Assembly: GCA_976551045.1 (NCBI GenBank)
Contig: CDPCPM010000280.1
Span: forward strand, 3,100,001-3,164,000
From: Glaucostegus cemiculus
Lineage: Eukaryota
Direction of reading: 5' to 3'
DNA: 64,000 nucleotides
The notes under the pieces were generated by a model. It ran no database searches. It was given only the letters and a program-made list of their open reading frames with translations, and was not told the origin of the DNA. Position numbers and translations under genes: made by a program. This document shows positions 1 to 13,634 of the stretch, one piece after another (within the stretch, counting starts at the first letter, position 1; every line of letters begins with the position of its first letter).

Positions 1-2964
1 CCACAGCAACAACAGCTTGTCAGTCTGATTGGTGTAGGCCAGTTATCAAAACTCCAGTTTAGCAATTTTTGAAATTTTAGTTTGAAGGTATTGAGAGTAG
101 AAAATGTGCCAACTTCTATGGATCTGAGCCATAACAAGCTAGTTGTGATGTGATGTTTGAGGAAGCAGACTTTGAGCATGCAAAATTTTCTTTGTTTCTT
201 TCTCCTGTACGATATTCAAGACCCGGATCCTAGCAGAGGAAATGGGAATCTTGTTACTAATTATAGGTGGATTATGAAAGTAGCTCATTGCAAACACGGC
301 ACTTGACTATAGCATCTCTCGTAGCAGCTGTAATTTAGTCAGCAGTATTCTTGCCCCTGAGTCAGAGGCTTCTGGGGTCAAGCCCCACTTTGGATACTTC
401 AGCTGCGCTGATTCTCCAGAGTACTGTAGACCACACACAAATTAGCCTGACCATGGAGATGGGTGCATGTAAAACCTGTTTAGCACCCAGTTGCCATTGG
501 ACTCCAGCCACTACATCTGTCAGAGACTGCCTGGTGCAGCAAATCACACCCTTTTCAAAAAAGCACGCTCCACAAAATGGAAGTGCGGTCCACTGCAAGC
601 CTGGCGAGGGATATCGAAGGAGCGTGACCTAAAAACCCACGATAAATAAACCAATTCCCAAACTGCGGTTAAAACAAACTTTAACTTCAGCTCGTGCCAT
701 GCAAGATCCAAATTATGCAAGTTTGCTCAGGGATATGCGATTTAAACAAAGGTGTGCATTTATCTAGCTCTTAGCCTGTCCGAATCCACAGCAGCACCTG
801 GCCCTAACCTCCTGCCACCACAAACACTGGCTTTCTAACATCCCGGGTAAACACACACTTCTTCATTCATCACCGCTCAATATTATTCCCCAGCACAAAT
901 ATTGCTGGGCAGTGCAGGAAAGGAATGGAGGAGGAGAAATCTCTGTCTCCTTCCCAAGGAGAGCACAGAAGCTGATGTGCAGTTGGAGAACAGAGCTCCA
1001 TTTACAACACACGTGCAACGTATTCAGTTTTTTTGTACAAATAAATCTGATCCCAAGACAGGTCCAGAGAGAAAAAAAACATCAAAACTTTCTCCATAGA
1101 CAGGAGAGCAGTTTATGGCACAGACCACTCGATTCTATTTCAATCCAGATTAAATAACTCCTGAGCCAAGTAAGCTTTTAATTAAAATACGTATAAACCT
1201 CGACCCAGGTTGGTACTAGATTTCAGGGCTCTATGTCCATTAGTCTGCACATGTCAACAAGTGTTTGTGTTAAGTCTTTTAATCATTTTTTTTCTGTGGA
1301 GATATATGTATTAGGTCACTGCTCCCTACTGGGTCAACCACACCAAGCCTTCGAGGCATTCTCTTTTGTAGACTAGGCCCCAATTAGAATTTCCCTGCAT
1401 CTTTGAGGAAAAGGCCATTATGACTTTCCGTTATTCCACAAAAGAAAATCCTGCTTGTCCCAGCCTGTCCCCTATTTAGCAATTGACAAAGTGAAACATC
1501 ATCTGATGTTCTTCTTCTCATATTTTCTTTATTTTCGGCCTCCTGAAGGACTGTTAAAGGCTAGGAGGCAGAGCAAGAGTGGCATTTAATCACAGTGCTG
1601 ACAGAAAGCTGTCTTGCTTCAGACCCTAAGAAAAGCAAACAGTGGATAAAGTTGGTCGGACCTGATTTCAGATAGAACAACATTCCCCTTCATTTTCTTT
1701 TTTTAAGAAGCTCTGTTCTTTCATCTGTTGAGTTAGCGGCTTGGGTGTCAGGGGACCAGCGTCTGGTCCAGCAGGCTACCTTGTCTTGTAGCAGGAAAAG
1801 GGTCATTTGCTCTGTCGTCTGGGGACAAAGGGGGAAGCGGGGGAGGGGGGGTGAAAGCTAGGTAATTAGTGTGGTCCTGATTCAGCTGCCTCCAAACAGA
1901 AAGAGTTCTTAACTCTTAAAATAACCCTCCTCAGCTGGGTAACTTAGCAGTAAACTTCACAAGTTCTACAAACTAATAGATCATTTACAAAGCTAACATG
2001 TAATACTTAAAAAAAACTCAGAGATTCTAGCCGTGTACCACAGCATGAATCAAGACATTTCTATGATAGTCTGAAATTACACTTCTGTTTAAATTAAGGC
2101 TAACATTTATCGTCCATACCAATTTTATACAACTATGTGGCTTGTAGGCCATTTCCGGGGCTGTTAAGAGGACTGGAGTCACAAGTAAACCAGGGAGGTA
2201 GAGAAGTAGCTTTCCTTTTCTAAAAGACATATATAAACAGTTGGATTTTTAATGACAGTTTGACAGATTTATGGACACATTTACTGATAATGGCTTTTTA
2301 TTTCCAGAGCTTTAGAACTAAATTAAGATAATTGGTCTAGGCCTTTGGATTGCTAGTCCAGTGACGTAGTCACTGTGCTGCAATGTTGTACTATATTCAT
2401 CAGTGTTCAATGCTAAAGTGAAGTAAATGGCCATTTACTCGGCATAGAACTGCATATAAGTGGGTCATTAAATAAAAGGTGAAATGTTGGTACAAAATGG
2501 GGGACTAATCACACGTGTGGATGACGACGTTGTCCTCTTTCACAGACGTGGACTATCATTCCCAGTTTGAACTTTGCATATGTAAGTGCCCTGGAGTGAC
2601 ACTGCCCAGTTTTCAATTACCACAATTAATGGGAATTCCATCTCAGAAGTAGATGGTTAACTTGAAGTTGATAGATTCGGTTGCCTTGGGATTCCGCAAT
2701 TGCTGAGTGATGAAATGTCTTCCTGAGTATTGCAAACAGTGTCCTTACAGGTCCAAACCTGGAATCCTGTCTATGCATGAACATCAACAACTTCTCAGGG
2801 ATTGGGGTTAACAAAGTTTGAACCCCATTATGCAGCATTTTGGGCTGAGATTAAAAAAGGGTGAGACTTGCAATAAATTTCTTAGAGATTAACTTCACTT
2901 TAGATCTGTACATTAAAGCAAACTTATATTTCAGTTACTTCCTATCATATTTTTGGTAATAATT

Positions 2965-3180
2965 TAGAGCATTTTCAAGTGTAACTTTGGTAAGTGCTGC
3001 AGCTGTTTTACTAATAGCAAGATCCCACAATCGGAGGTGAAAAAATATAAATTTATTTCAGATAATTTGGTTAAGGGAAGAATACTGGGCAGGGTCTTGG
3101 AAAATTCTTTTTCAAGTAGCCACATGGATTCTGCAGCATACATCTTAAATGGCAGAGAAGGCCCCAGGTTAACATGTAGT
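2965..3180 (-). mobile_element. Deu-domain SINE fragment
   Basis: agcaagatcccacaa, gttaagggaagaatactgggcagg, cacatggattct...ggccccaggttaac. Confidence 0.5.
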
Positions 3181-3249
3181 ATTTTTGGTTTGCACACAAT
3201 CATACTCCCTGACTCCTTGTAGTTTGTCAGTCTCTGCTGAATAAATATA

Positions 3250-3930
3250 ATGACCCCACCTCCTCAGCTTTCTGGGGTAGAGAATTCAAATGATTCACAA
3301 TCATGCGAGAGAAGAAATTCCTCAGTTCCACCTTAAGCTACTCATTCTGACACAGTGCTTGCTTGTTACAGGTATCCCCTCTCAGCATCACCCCTATTCA
3401 TTTCCTTTAGAATATTCTTAAATAGATCACCTCTCATTCTTCTATATTTCAGTAAGTGCAGGGCCAACTTGCTCAACCTCTCTTCATGCGTCAACACTCC
3501 ATCCTAGAAATCAACCCAATTAACTTTCTTTGCACTGCCTCCAATAGAATTATATGTTTTGTTCCTTAAATATGGAGACCAAAACTGTATGCAGTACTAA
3601 AGGTGTAGTTACAAAACTTCTCTTCTTTTATACTCAGCACCACTTGTACTGAAGGCCAACATTTCGTTCACCTTCCTAATTACTTGTTGTAATTTCATGT
3701 TATCCTTTTGTTTCGTGTACCAGAGCCCTCAGGTCACTTTGCACCTCAATATTTGATTGTCTCACTCTGTTTAAGTAATAATCTGCTTCGTGATGCTTCC
3801 TTCCAAAGTGTATCACTTCATATTTTCTCACATCATTCTCTATCTTGCCCCTCACTTGACCTATCTATGTCCCTTTGCAGATTCTTTGTATCCTCCTTAC
3901 AACTTGCTAACCTACTTACATTTGTATCAT
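3250..3930 (-). mobile_element. Decayed CR1 RT/3' fragment
   Basis: Reverse-complement CR1 motifs: ctggggtagagaattc, agatcacctctcattcttct, ggagaccaaaactgtatgcagtact, tttgtatcatcagc (ADDTN). Confidence 0.7.
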
Positions 3931-5241
3931 CAGCATGTTCACACTCTGTCGGAACAGTTTGCTTTTTGGAGGGAATGTGTCATTTGAATACATTGCCAAC
4001 TGATTTAAATAACAGCAATTCCATCAAGTCAAAGCAGAGTGAAAATACTTAGATGTATATAAAGAGTGAAATGGAAGGATACGTAGAATCTCAATAAATA
4101 GTGTGCTTATGTCACAATATCAGAGCAACCAGTAAAGTGATGTGGGGTGAAGAGGTGAGTCATTAATACTGGTCTCCCAGTAGACTCTCCCAGCACATGT
4201 AGCCCTGAATCATAAGTGCTAATTCATTAAATCTAAGCCTTAGTTAATTATATAATAATAAACATTAATGTTAACTCAAATAATGGTTATGTTCAGAATT
4301 CTCTTTCAGCACTTAAAACAGTGAAATGACATGATCTACTGAAATAGTCTGCTCACTTGTTACAATGCATGGACAACTTGCTGCTGTTGTAGTACTTTGT
4401 TCCAGACACTGGAGGTCAGTCAAAGTGGAAATATGAAGCTGAATTCTGGATAACATCCACTGCAGAAACTGCAACATTTTTGTTCAGTGGTTTTGAGAAT
4501 AGAAATTTGATTTTATTTTAGAATGTCTTTTTTACCCTCTTATTTCTTCCCTGCAGCATACTTTTTCCCAGGTATTGAAGACCCTCTGGTATCTCACCCA
4601 ATCCTCCCTGTGAGAAGTTCTGTAAGGTCTTTTGATTACTGTAGGGAGAGTTAGAAAAATAACTGGAGCCGCAGATGAGGGCTGTCAATTTATTTGCAAC
4701 TCCTGTAGGCTACACGCAAGGGAAGATTAGGCCCAGATATTATGCCCCTCACAAAGTGGCACATTGCCAACACTCTTACTTGATGGTTCCCAGAGGAGAG
4801 GAGGAAGACAAAAGGAGGACAAAAGTGTGTGAATATGGGAATGGGGGTACAGGGGAAATTACATGCAAAAATTCATTTCAGTAGCTGGCAAAATTTTTGT
4901 TAAGCTGCATCCAGTGGATTGATTGCAAATTACCAAAAACTCATAGCTCTTCAGTAAATGAAAGGAAAATCTATGAATATGGGAGTATTCTCACATCAGT
5001 TATGTATTACTTTGTGGAGCAACGGGGATGTCATCAGCTTCCACTCCATGGAGGCAGATAAAATCACTTCAGTTGTACGGTTGTCAGTTCTAACAAAAAG
5101 TAAATGTGGTAATGGGTGATGGTGGCGGGGGTGATGGGGGATCATCTTGGACAAAGGCTGTAGTTTCCCTTGCACAGAAGAAAGTGATTAAGATGGATAA
5201 GATAGAACTTTGGGATTCCCAAGGCAGACTGTTTACAACCT

Positions 5242-5600
5242 AGGCTGGTAGCATTCTCTGAGTCAGAAGACTATGGGTTCAAGCACTTCTCTGCCGATCT
5301 GAGCTCATAATTTAGGCTGAGGAAGTGTTGGAGGTCTTCTGGATGAGATGTTAAACTGTGTGCCCTCTCGAGTGCATGTCAAAAGTTTCACAACATATTT
5401 GAAGAAGAGCAAAGCAGTGATCCCTGATAAATTCTTATACTTCCTCTAACATCATTGCAACAGATTATCTGGTCATTATCATATTAGTTTTGAATCTTAA
5501 TGTGGCTAGTGTGCTCCTTAAACAACTGTTCAAATTCTAAGTTGCCTCTAAAAATGTTTTGGATGTCCTGAGGTAGTGAGAAACCCTGTAAAATCCTTTT
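5242..5600 (+). mobile_element. Deu-domain SINE copy
   Basis: ctgagtcagaagactatgggttcaag...gatgagatgttaaac...tatttgaagaagagca...cagattatctggtcatt. Confidence 0.7.
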
Positions 5601-7972
5601 TTTCCTTCTTTCTATATAACTCACTCCGTGTCTACATCTGTTTTGGGGATTGTAAGAGGTGGAAAAGTAATGTCTTAATAATATATTTCATAGAAAAAGA
5701 AGCCAAAAGGAAGGTGTTCATCTGTGAGCTGTATTGTGGATAAGAATATGAGATGTGACAGTAATTGATTCAGTGATGAAGTAATTTGTTGTCATTATGA
5801 AGGTCTGGCAAGATTGGAATTCAGCAAAAAAACCTGACAGAAAGCAAAATAAATAACTCTAATGCACAGTCAGGCTCCTGATACTCTCTCTTTCTCTGTC
5901 TGCATTTCTTCTCCATGAATCAGTTTAATAGGTGGCAGTGCACACTGATGTATACTGTCGATTCGTGTTAGGTATCAGGACCTGGTTCTAATAAAAGGCT
6001 GTTTATTTATTGGAGAATATGTACATGAGGGAAGTTCATTGTCAAATGTCAGTGCTTATGTTTTGTAGAGAGGTTGGGAATTACTTTACAAGTGAATTGA
6101 CAAGCAAGTACAAAAGGTAAATGCCGTTCATGCTCCAATTTAGAATAAATGTATCAGTGGAGCATCAGAACAAATGTAGAGGTCATACAGAAAAGAACAC
6201 GCAGAATGTACTTCAGGGATAAGGTGAAAGGCTATTCGAATATGATGCAGGTTATAGATCTTCAAGTATATAAAGCAGAAGAAAGGATTCTGTTTTGCTA
6301 ACCTATATCTGTAAAGCTGCAAATTTTGCAGACAATTCTCACACCTTGATGGGTAAAATTGAAAAGACAACCTGATGCCAGGAATTGAGGAGTTCCTGCC
6401 AATTTGCAACCTTCTTTCACCAACGGGAATAAGGCCGTAACTGCCTCAGGTTATGTTTACCCACAGCAATTAAACTTTGCAACCTTAACAGGGATGGGCA
6501 GTTAAAGTCCAGCTCCACTTCACTACACTATACTTGTTATTAAACTGCTTACCATCTAATTCAAAGTGAACACTGCTGCAGATTTACAAACATAATTGTG
6601 ATTAAAAGGAAAATACATATACTTGTTGGTATATAATCCTGTTACTTTGTTTAATAATTTTTAGCTACTGTTTAGAAAGTGCTAACATGAATTTTAAATA
6701 GGGCTGTCTTTCCTTTGTCCCTTTATGTGAGGTCATTAATGAGAGCAGTGAAATATGGCTAGTGCTCATGATGATATTAGGCCTGAATGTGATGACCTCA
6801 CAAGAGCAGGAGGAGGTGCTTTGACCAGAGCTATAGCATAAAGCTGATATTAAGAAGTGACCAGCAGTCTGTAGTAAGGGTACAATTATGTTAAGTATCA
6901 GGGAACTTCTCAGTCAAGCATATTTAAACCTTCAAGAATACTATGTACAATAGACTAATGTAGCATATGGGAGCATTCTCAAACAACTCACTCACCTGTC
7001 AAACACCAGATGTCCCATTTGGAACAGAGCCCTTTGATCCAACGTTGGACTTCAGCCACCTCAGAACCCACATAACTGGAGTCATCCTTGACCCTGACAG
7101 ATTGTCTGAGAATATTTTGAGGTACAAGCTCCAAACCTCCTGTTGAGATCCCAGGGCAGTTTAGTGGAGCTTGGGTCTCTCCTGTGCAGTGGGGTGGAGC
7201 AGGGGTTTGGAGCTAAGGCTGGCAAATCAGGAGAAGACTATCTCTCTTACCCTGAAATAATTGTGATCCTGATTGAACTACTTAGACTTATTCATACACA
7301 CATTATGGAAATGAGCATTCATATCTGCATTCCTACAATGGATGGTGAAATTCTTAAACAGTTATTCAAGACAGTCAAAACTCATCACTGTGAACCCATC
7401 TCCTTCTTTGTCTCTTTCCTGCTCACAAGGGTCTTGGCTATATATGGAGATAACATTAGAATCAATCAGTCTGGAGGTGTCTGGGTAATTCCCCTTTCAA
7501 ACTGCTTCAAATGGCTAAGATTGATTTTATGCATATAATTTGTACATATCTTCATGCATTTTTCTGGAGAAATTACCCTGTTTTTATAGGGAAAAGTTGT
7601 TGCAGTTTCTCTTTCCTCCACTCTTTAAACAGACTCTGCTTTCTGAGTAAATTGACTTTGCTTGCTGGATAATAAATGTTTGTCCCACCACCAACCGTTG
7701 CCAATAAATGCTCTTATATTTTGGAAGAACCTTAAGATTATGAAAGCACACTTGGGTGTAGATCTATTTTTTCATGATAACCTTCTGTAATCAGCTGTCA
7801 TTTTAGGCTGGGGAATAGAGTGGGCTAGGAAAGGAATGGTAAGTGGTGAAGAAAAAAAACCAAGATGTTGGTCCTTACAGAGAAAAGCTTCACAGGTACT
7901 TTAATGTAAGTGTGTAGAATTAGCTCCTATTTTTTCCTCACATTTTCCAAGATCAGCATTTATTATGGTTAC

Positions 7973-8147
7973 CTTTTGTCTGCTGAACTGGATGCCTGGC
8001 TGAGATCATTGTTTCCAATGAAATTCCGGATTTCAGAGAAGTACGATTCCTCCTTCTCTTCCAAAAGTGCAGTATTATCTAACTCGGAGTTGGGGGAAGA
8101 GGCACTGGTGCCCAGGTGATTGGATGAGACCCCAGAATGCTGGCTCA
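7973..8147 (-). CDS. PRDM16: PRDM16 exon 14 (175 bp): [59 protein letters not shown]
   Basis: Acceptor with long pyrimidine tract ending ttttcag|TG; donor AAAAG|gtaacc. Conserved YFSEIRNFI motif. Confidence 0.95.
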
Positions 8148-9163
8148 CTGAAAAGGAAGGGGAGAGGATGAGGATACCTGTCCACAGGAATAATGAATCA
8201 TCATGTGCAAATCTAAACTCTTCGTCTACTTTTTATCTTTTATTTAGAAAATAACATCTCATGCAGATTTTTCTTAAGTGCTCTGCATTTGCACAATCCA
8301 TATCAGTTTTGGACGTGTGGCAAGTAAGCAAGAACTTGGATACAAAGAATCAGTGGGGAGTCTAGTGTTACTGTTTATCTTCAAAAATAATGATGGGGGC
8401 AGAGATTAAATCATACAACAGATAGGTGCCAAACAATACAAGTCATGTTCAGTGATCTGAAGGACTAGTTTCACTTGGCTATAAAGATAGAAATTGCAGA
8501 TTTTCCAGTTTTTATTTCTTCCTAATTGACCTGGGTTTTTGACCTTTTTTTTAGGTAGCATGTGACACACAGGACATTAAAGAAACTCTCAATGCGATGC
8601 TTAAGATAGCCCAGTAGTATGGGACAGGTTAGATGGAGGAGCTATCTTTTTTGCCTGCTGCTTCTGTATGCTGTATGTTTACTGAACTGGAAGCATAAAG
8701 GCTGTGAAAGATTTTCTACTCTGCTGCAGGTCACTGTGACTGGGTAGACCATTTCTAGGCAATGTAATAATGTTGAAACAATGGGAATGCAATCTGATTT
8801 ATAAAAGCAATGAAGACAATTTTCACAACAATAATTAAAATGGCAAAACTGAATTGGTACATGATCAGTTATAAAAATAAAAGCAATAATAATAAGTTGT
8901 AGTAAAATGTATCACTGTGATTCATAGGGGTTGGGAAGAGAGAGGCGAGAGAGAGTGAAGAAAAATTAGTCACTGAACAGAAATTAGGAGAAATAGTGCA
9001 AAGGGTGACTGAAGCCATGCAGTTGGGCTTTGCCAACAATGTGACAGCTTCATGGCCACTTTTGGTGATACCACACTTTCATTTCAGGATTATGTAAAAC
9101 TGAATTTGATTTTGCAAACTGGCTGGAAGTGGCTTACATCAGAAACTCTGGAATACCTGTCTA

Positions 9164-9442
<279 letters not shown>

Positions 9443-9574
9443 CTAATTAAACCTCTTCAAACTTCGGAGCTGTTTATTGCTCTTGTCAGTTCAATGAAAA
9501 TCTTGGAACCAATAAGCCTTGGAAAAATCATAGGCATCTCATTATCCTTTCATGCAGTTCTTGGTATGATTATT

Positions 9575-9980
9575 TTAAATCCTCTATGAAAGAGAAGGCT
9601 AAGGGGGCAGTCTAACAGAGAGTTCTAAAACTATGAAGAGGTTCAATAGATTTAAATGTAGAGAAGGTGTTTTCACATCGGGAAATCTAAATTTCATGGT
9701 AATAAATATAATATAGTCATATTAAGTTCTATAAAATATTTAAGCGATTAGTAAAAGTATTGAAGTTTTCTCTTTGTCAGAGAATTGTGTGAAAGTTGAA
9801 CTTGCTACTATGTGGCATAGTTGAGGAAAATGGAGGGAACTGGATAACTGGATCATGTAGTAGAAGATTATGCTAAAAGATGAAATAAAGAATCAGAAAT
9901 GCAGGCATGTAAAGCCTAAACACAGGCGTAGATCCGATGGGCTGTACGGACTGTTTCTGTGCTATAAACACTATGTAATC
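9575..9980 (+). mobile_element. Decayed CR1 3' fragment
   Basis: agaaggctaagggggcagtct...agaattgtgtgaaagttgaacttgctac...gatgggctgtacggactgtttctgtgct. Confidence 0.55.
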
Positions 9981-12889
9981 AATTAAGCAAAAAAGTAAAG
10001 AAACAGCCAATAAGTGAGTGAGAAACTAGTAATTTTTGTTATGGTGTTGATTGAGGGATGAACATTGGCCAGCATGTATTCAAAGTTTAATAATCAATGA
10101 TCGTTTACAGTTTCCAAAAGTGGTAAAAGTAGAACCTAATAGCATAGGTTTAAGAAAATGGGCTTGTGGAAAACAGGGACTTAGTGCAACAAAAATCAAT
10201 TGTCATATCATTTGAATTAGAGATTATGGGCCCCTGTGCTACGGTGTCATTAACCTTCAGTTAACCCAAGAGAACAAGCTGATATCTCATCTGACAATAC
10301 AGATCATGTGGATAACATGGTTGGGACTGGCTGTGAATGGCCTGCTGACATTTGCTGCCTGTGCTCACAGACACACAGTTGGGGTAAAGTACTAGAAGGA
10401 GGTTCTGAGGAAATATCATCTCTCTTTCTTACCTCAACCTCAGTGACCAGCAACGAGGTGAAAGAACGGGGGGGGTGGGGGGGGAAAGGCTTGGGGCTCC
10501 AAAGAGTTAACACATGGTGAACAGAACACACAGCACAGTCTGTGAGCTGTTCCCAGGGGTTTATTGATAGAATTGATATGCCACAATTTTACTTTGCTGT
10601 ACAAACAGCAGATTTCCACTTGTACTGCTAATTGTGCTGGGAAAATTACTGGGCATCAAAAGTTTTAATCAGATGAATCCTTTTATGTTCTGCCTAAAAA
10701 ATGCCTGCTGCTAATTTAAGACCCTGGTGCAGCATGGGTCAGAGGCAATTGTCAAATGGCGAGAAAGCTTGAGTGTTTTGTTTAGTGCACCAGGGACCGA
10801 GAGTTACTTCATCTGGACCGGCTGGTCATCAGCGCAGTGCCCGGATCATTTGCTCTAAAACTGGGGTCTTCGAGCGGTCACTGTTCATCAGACAATCTCC
10901 TTGCGCAATCTGATAATCACTGTGCGAGTGAAGTGCTCTGCACCATGAACCGTGAAGGGTTTTAAAACAAAGCCTCGGCTCACTATCCAATGTGCTGCAT
11001 ATTTACCTCGAAGTCAACTTGAAAAGTTGCAGGGAAAATGATCCCAGTCATTTGTTAGGGCAAATTGTTTCTAAATGACCTAATCATACAGAAAGAAAGA
11101 GAGAGAGAACAAAAAAAAAGCTGACAAAGCTAAAACATCATCCTTAGGGAATTTTCAATCTGTAATGGAGGCAGCAAACAGGGAATGAGAAAGTGACGTC
11201 TACAATCAGCAAAGATTTAAACAGCATCAATCTTCTTTCTTTGCACTTTTAAAATGCCTTAATCTGCCAGTTGCAGTTTCTCAGGACTGATCCAGTAGAT
11301 TGGGAACAGAAAAAAGGCCCACTGCACCCTCTCATGCATTCCTCCCGAATGACATTTTTAAGGTTGTGGGAGTTGTTGGGAAGAAGGGAAAGGAACCCAA
11401 CTGTTCATTGTTCTGAAGATCTTTTTGCCATCTAAGAGATGGGAGTGAGTGAATGGCAAGGGGAGGAATGGGCAGTGGATGAGTGGGCTGTTAGATTACA
11501 GGTATTTCCCTGCCTGATAATGTTTAAGTTATCCATTCAGTGATCCCATCTTGATTGATACAGTCTGGCCAGCCAGCAGATAAGGACAATCTACACTGCC
11601 AAGTTCATTTCTTGTTCTGAAAGCAATTTTAACTGTCGGCCCTCCCAGGGGACGTAATAAATCCTGGAAGAAAGCATGTGAGTTCTTTGTAGGTAGTCTC
11701 TTTAACATTTATCCCTTAACTAACAACCCCAGTGCACTCAAACTTGTCATTTCCCTCATTAGATCAGTTCAGTAAAATCTTAACAGAAATTCAAGTTATG
11801 GCTGAAATATGAAAAAAATCTGAATAGCAGTATAACTATGATCAGTTTGCTTGTTATAGGTCAGTATCAGATTAATTTGTCTGGTACAAGTGCAAATGGA
11901 GAGAGCTACATCAAATCAGAACAGGTAAGGCCCTCCATTTTATTGAAGGGGTTTCCATTTTTATGTCTTTTTGGCAAGGGTCATTTAAATTACCTTGAGT
12001 TGAAATATTTTTTACAAGCAAATAAACAAGAGTTCTTTGCAACATTTTAAATGAAACACAAGTGTGAATTCTGTCTGATCTGCATGTCCCCACTGGCTCC
12101 AAACACAGCACATTCCCTGCACCCTGGTAAATAAACAGTAGCATCTGGTTAGGAAGATGAAATGACCAGCACAGCAAAGGCTAATGCAATTAGTCCTTTA
12201 TGTCTTATCCAGACCCACAGGCAGGGAATATTTTTCCTTGCTTTTCTAACAAATTTCCTTTCACTATTTGATCTCAACTTGCCTTAAAGATGACGGAGTT
12301 CTTGGCACTAATTATCAAACTAACATTACTACAAGAAATAAAATAGCTATGTTTCTTTAATCTGTTATCTATGGAAATAATCTATTGAGTCAACTATGGT
12401 TTCATGGTTAAGATTCTTGTCCTTACAATTTGGCAGTTCGTTTCTGACCCCATTCTTGTGACATCAGCCATAGTCTGGGCTGAATCTTCGGTTTGCAGTT
12501 GCAGCACACCAGATGAGTGCTACACTATCCGAGGTGCTGCCTTCCAGCTGAAATGTTATACTGTTGCCTCTTGTGCTATCTCAGAGGGATGTAAATTATT
12601 CTATTGTATAGCTTGAATTCCTGAGACGAGATCCTGAAACAGATGCTTTATTCCAAGCTATGTTATGGGATAAGATTACCATGCAGACAGAAGAGAAGAT
12701 TCAATGTGATAGGACAGGACCAGGCAAAAGTGAACTGTGAGCTGCTACTTGCAGCTACATTGACAGACAACCATTGGGAGTCATTCAGAAGTGAAATAGT
12801 TCAGGGCCCTGGATGTCAATTAATATTGAGGGTTGGATAAAAAATGTAGCTACAAGAATATAAAAAATGGAGTGGGGGGAATTTAAAAA

Positions 12890-13292
12890 ATAACTAGGAA
12901 GCTGAAGAGGAGACACAAAATATCACAGGCAAAAAAGATTAAGGAAAATGCCAAAGCATTTAATAAGTACATTAGGGGTAAGAGGGTAGCCAGGGAAAGA
13001 GTAGAGCCCATTTTTGAATAAAAATACCTTATTTGATTGGAGGAGAACAAATATGGTATTTTTATTCAAAAATAGTAACGGGTAAGCAAAATAATTTCAG
13101 AGCATGTCAGTTTAAGGTGAAGGGAAGGTGATGTAGAGGTGATGTGAGTGGTGGAGGCAGGTACTCTCACAACATTTAAGAAGTACTTGAATGAGCACTT
13201 GAAACATCAAGGCATAGAAGGCCAAGGATGAGTCCTGGAAGTTGGGATTAGTATAGATAGGTTCTTGATGGCCTACATGGACACTGTGGGCC
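12890..13292 (+). mobile_element. CR1 fragments (linker region and 3' end)
   Basis: KIKENAKAFNKYIRGKRVARERV resembles RVKENPKTSFTYVKSRRITRVKV of the 43.9-kb copy. A CR1 3' end follows at about 13100-13292. Confidence 0.7.
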
Positions 13293-13311
13293 TGCTTCCA
13301 CTCTAATCCAG

Positions 13312-13634
13312 AATGTGCTCAAAGCCTCCTTGAAGAAATGCAACATCCCCGTTGACTTCTGGGAATCTCTGGTCCATGACTACTAAAAGAGGTGAAGGAC
13401 ATTCGGGGTAGTATTGAGAGCCATGCACTGGAAGCACACAAAGCCCTACATAAGCAGCAGAAGGAGCGCCCCACCTCACAAACCACCCACCACCTGCTCC
13501 TCTAGCCTCCACCTGACCCATCTGTGGAAGAGTGTGTGATCTCTTTATTAGCTTCATTAGATATCTTAGAACTCACAAAACCCACAGACTGGAATGTCAT
13601 CCTCAGTCCCGAGGCACTGCCTAGGAAGAAGAAG
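13312..13634 (+). mobile_element. RTE-like LINE 3' end
   Basis: Translates VLKASLKKCNIPVDFWESLVHD, then a broken C-terminal zinc finger (*PICGRVC...LRTH), a short 3' UTR and a (GAA)n tail. Confidence 0.65.

Noticed and set aside
2626-2838. Short minus-strand ORF as a downstream PRDM16 exon
   Set aside because: No similarity to PRDM16 C-terminal motifs in the frames examined and no convincing splice pair.
7275-7340. Possible exon 15 start (ttgtag|G AAT GCA GAT ATG, reading NADMN)
   Set aside because: Stops after about 17 codons and lacks the acidic tract. The true exon 15 was not found in 1-7900 and probably lies outside the window.
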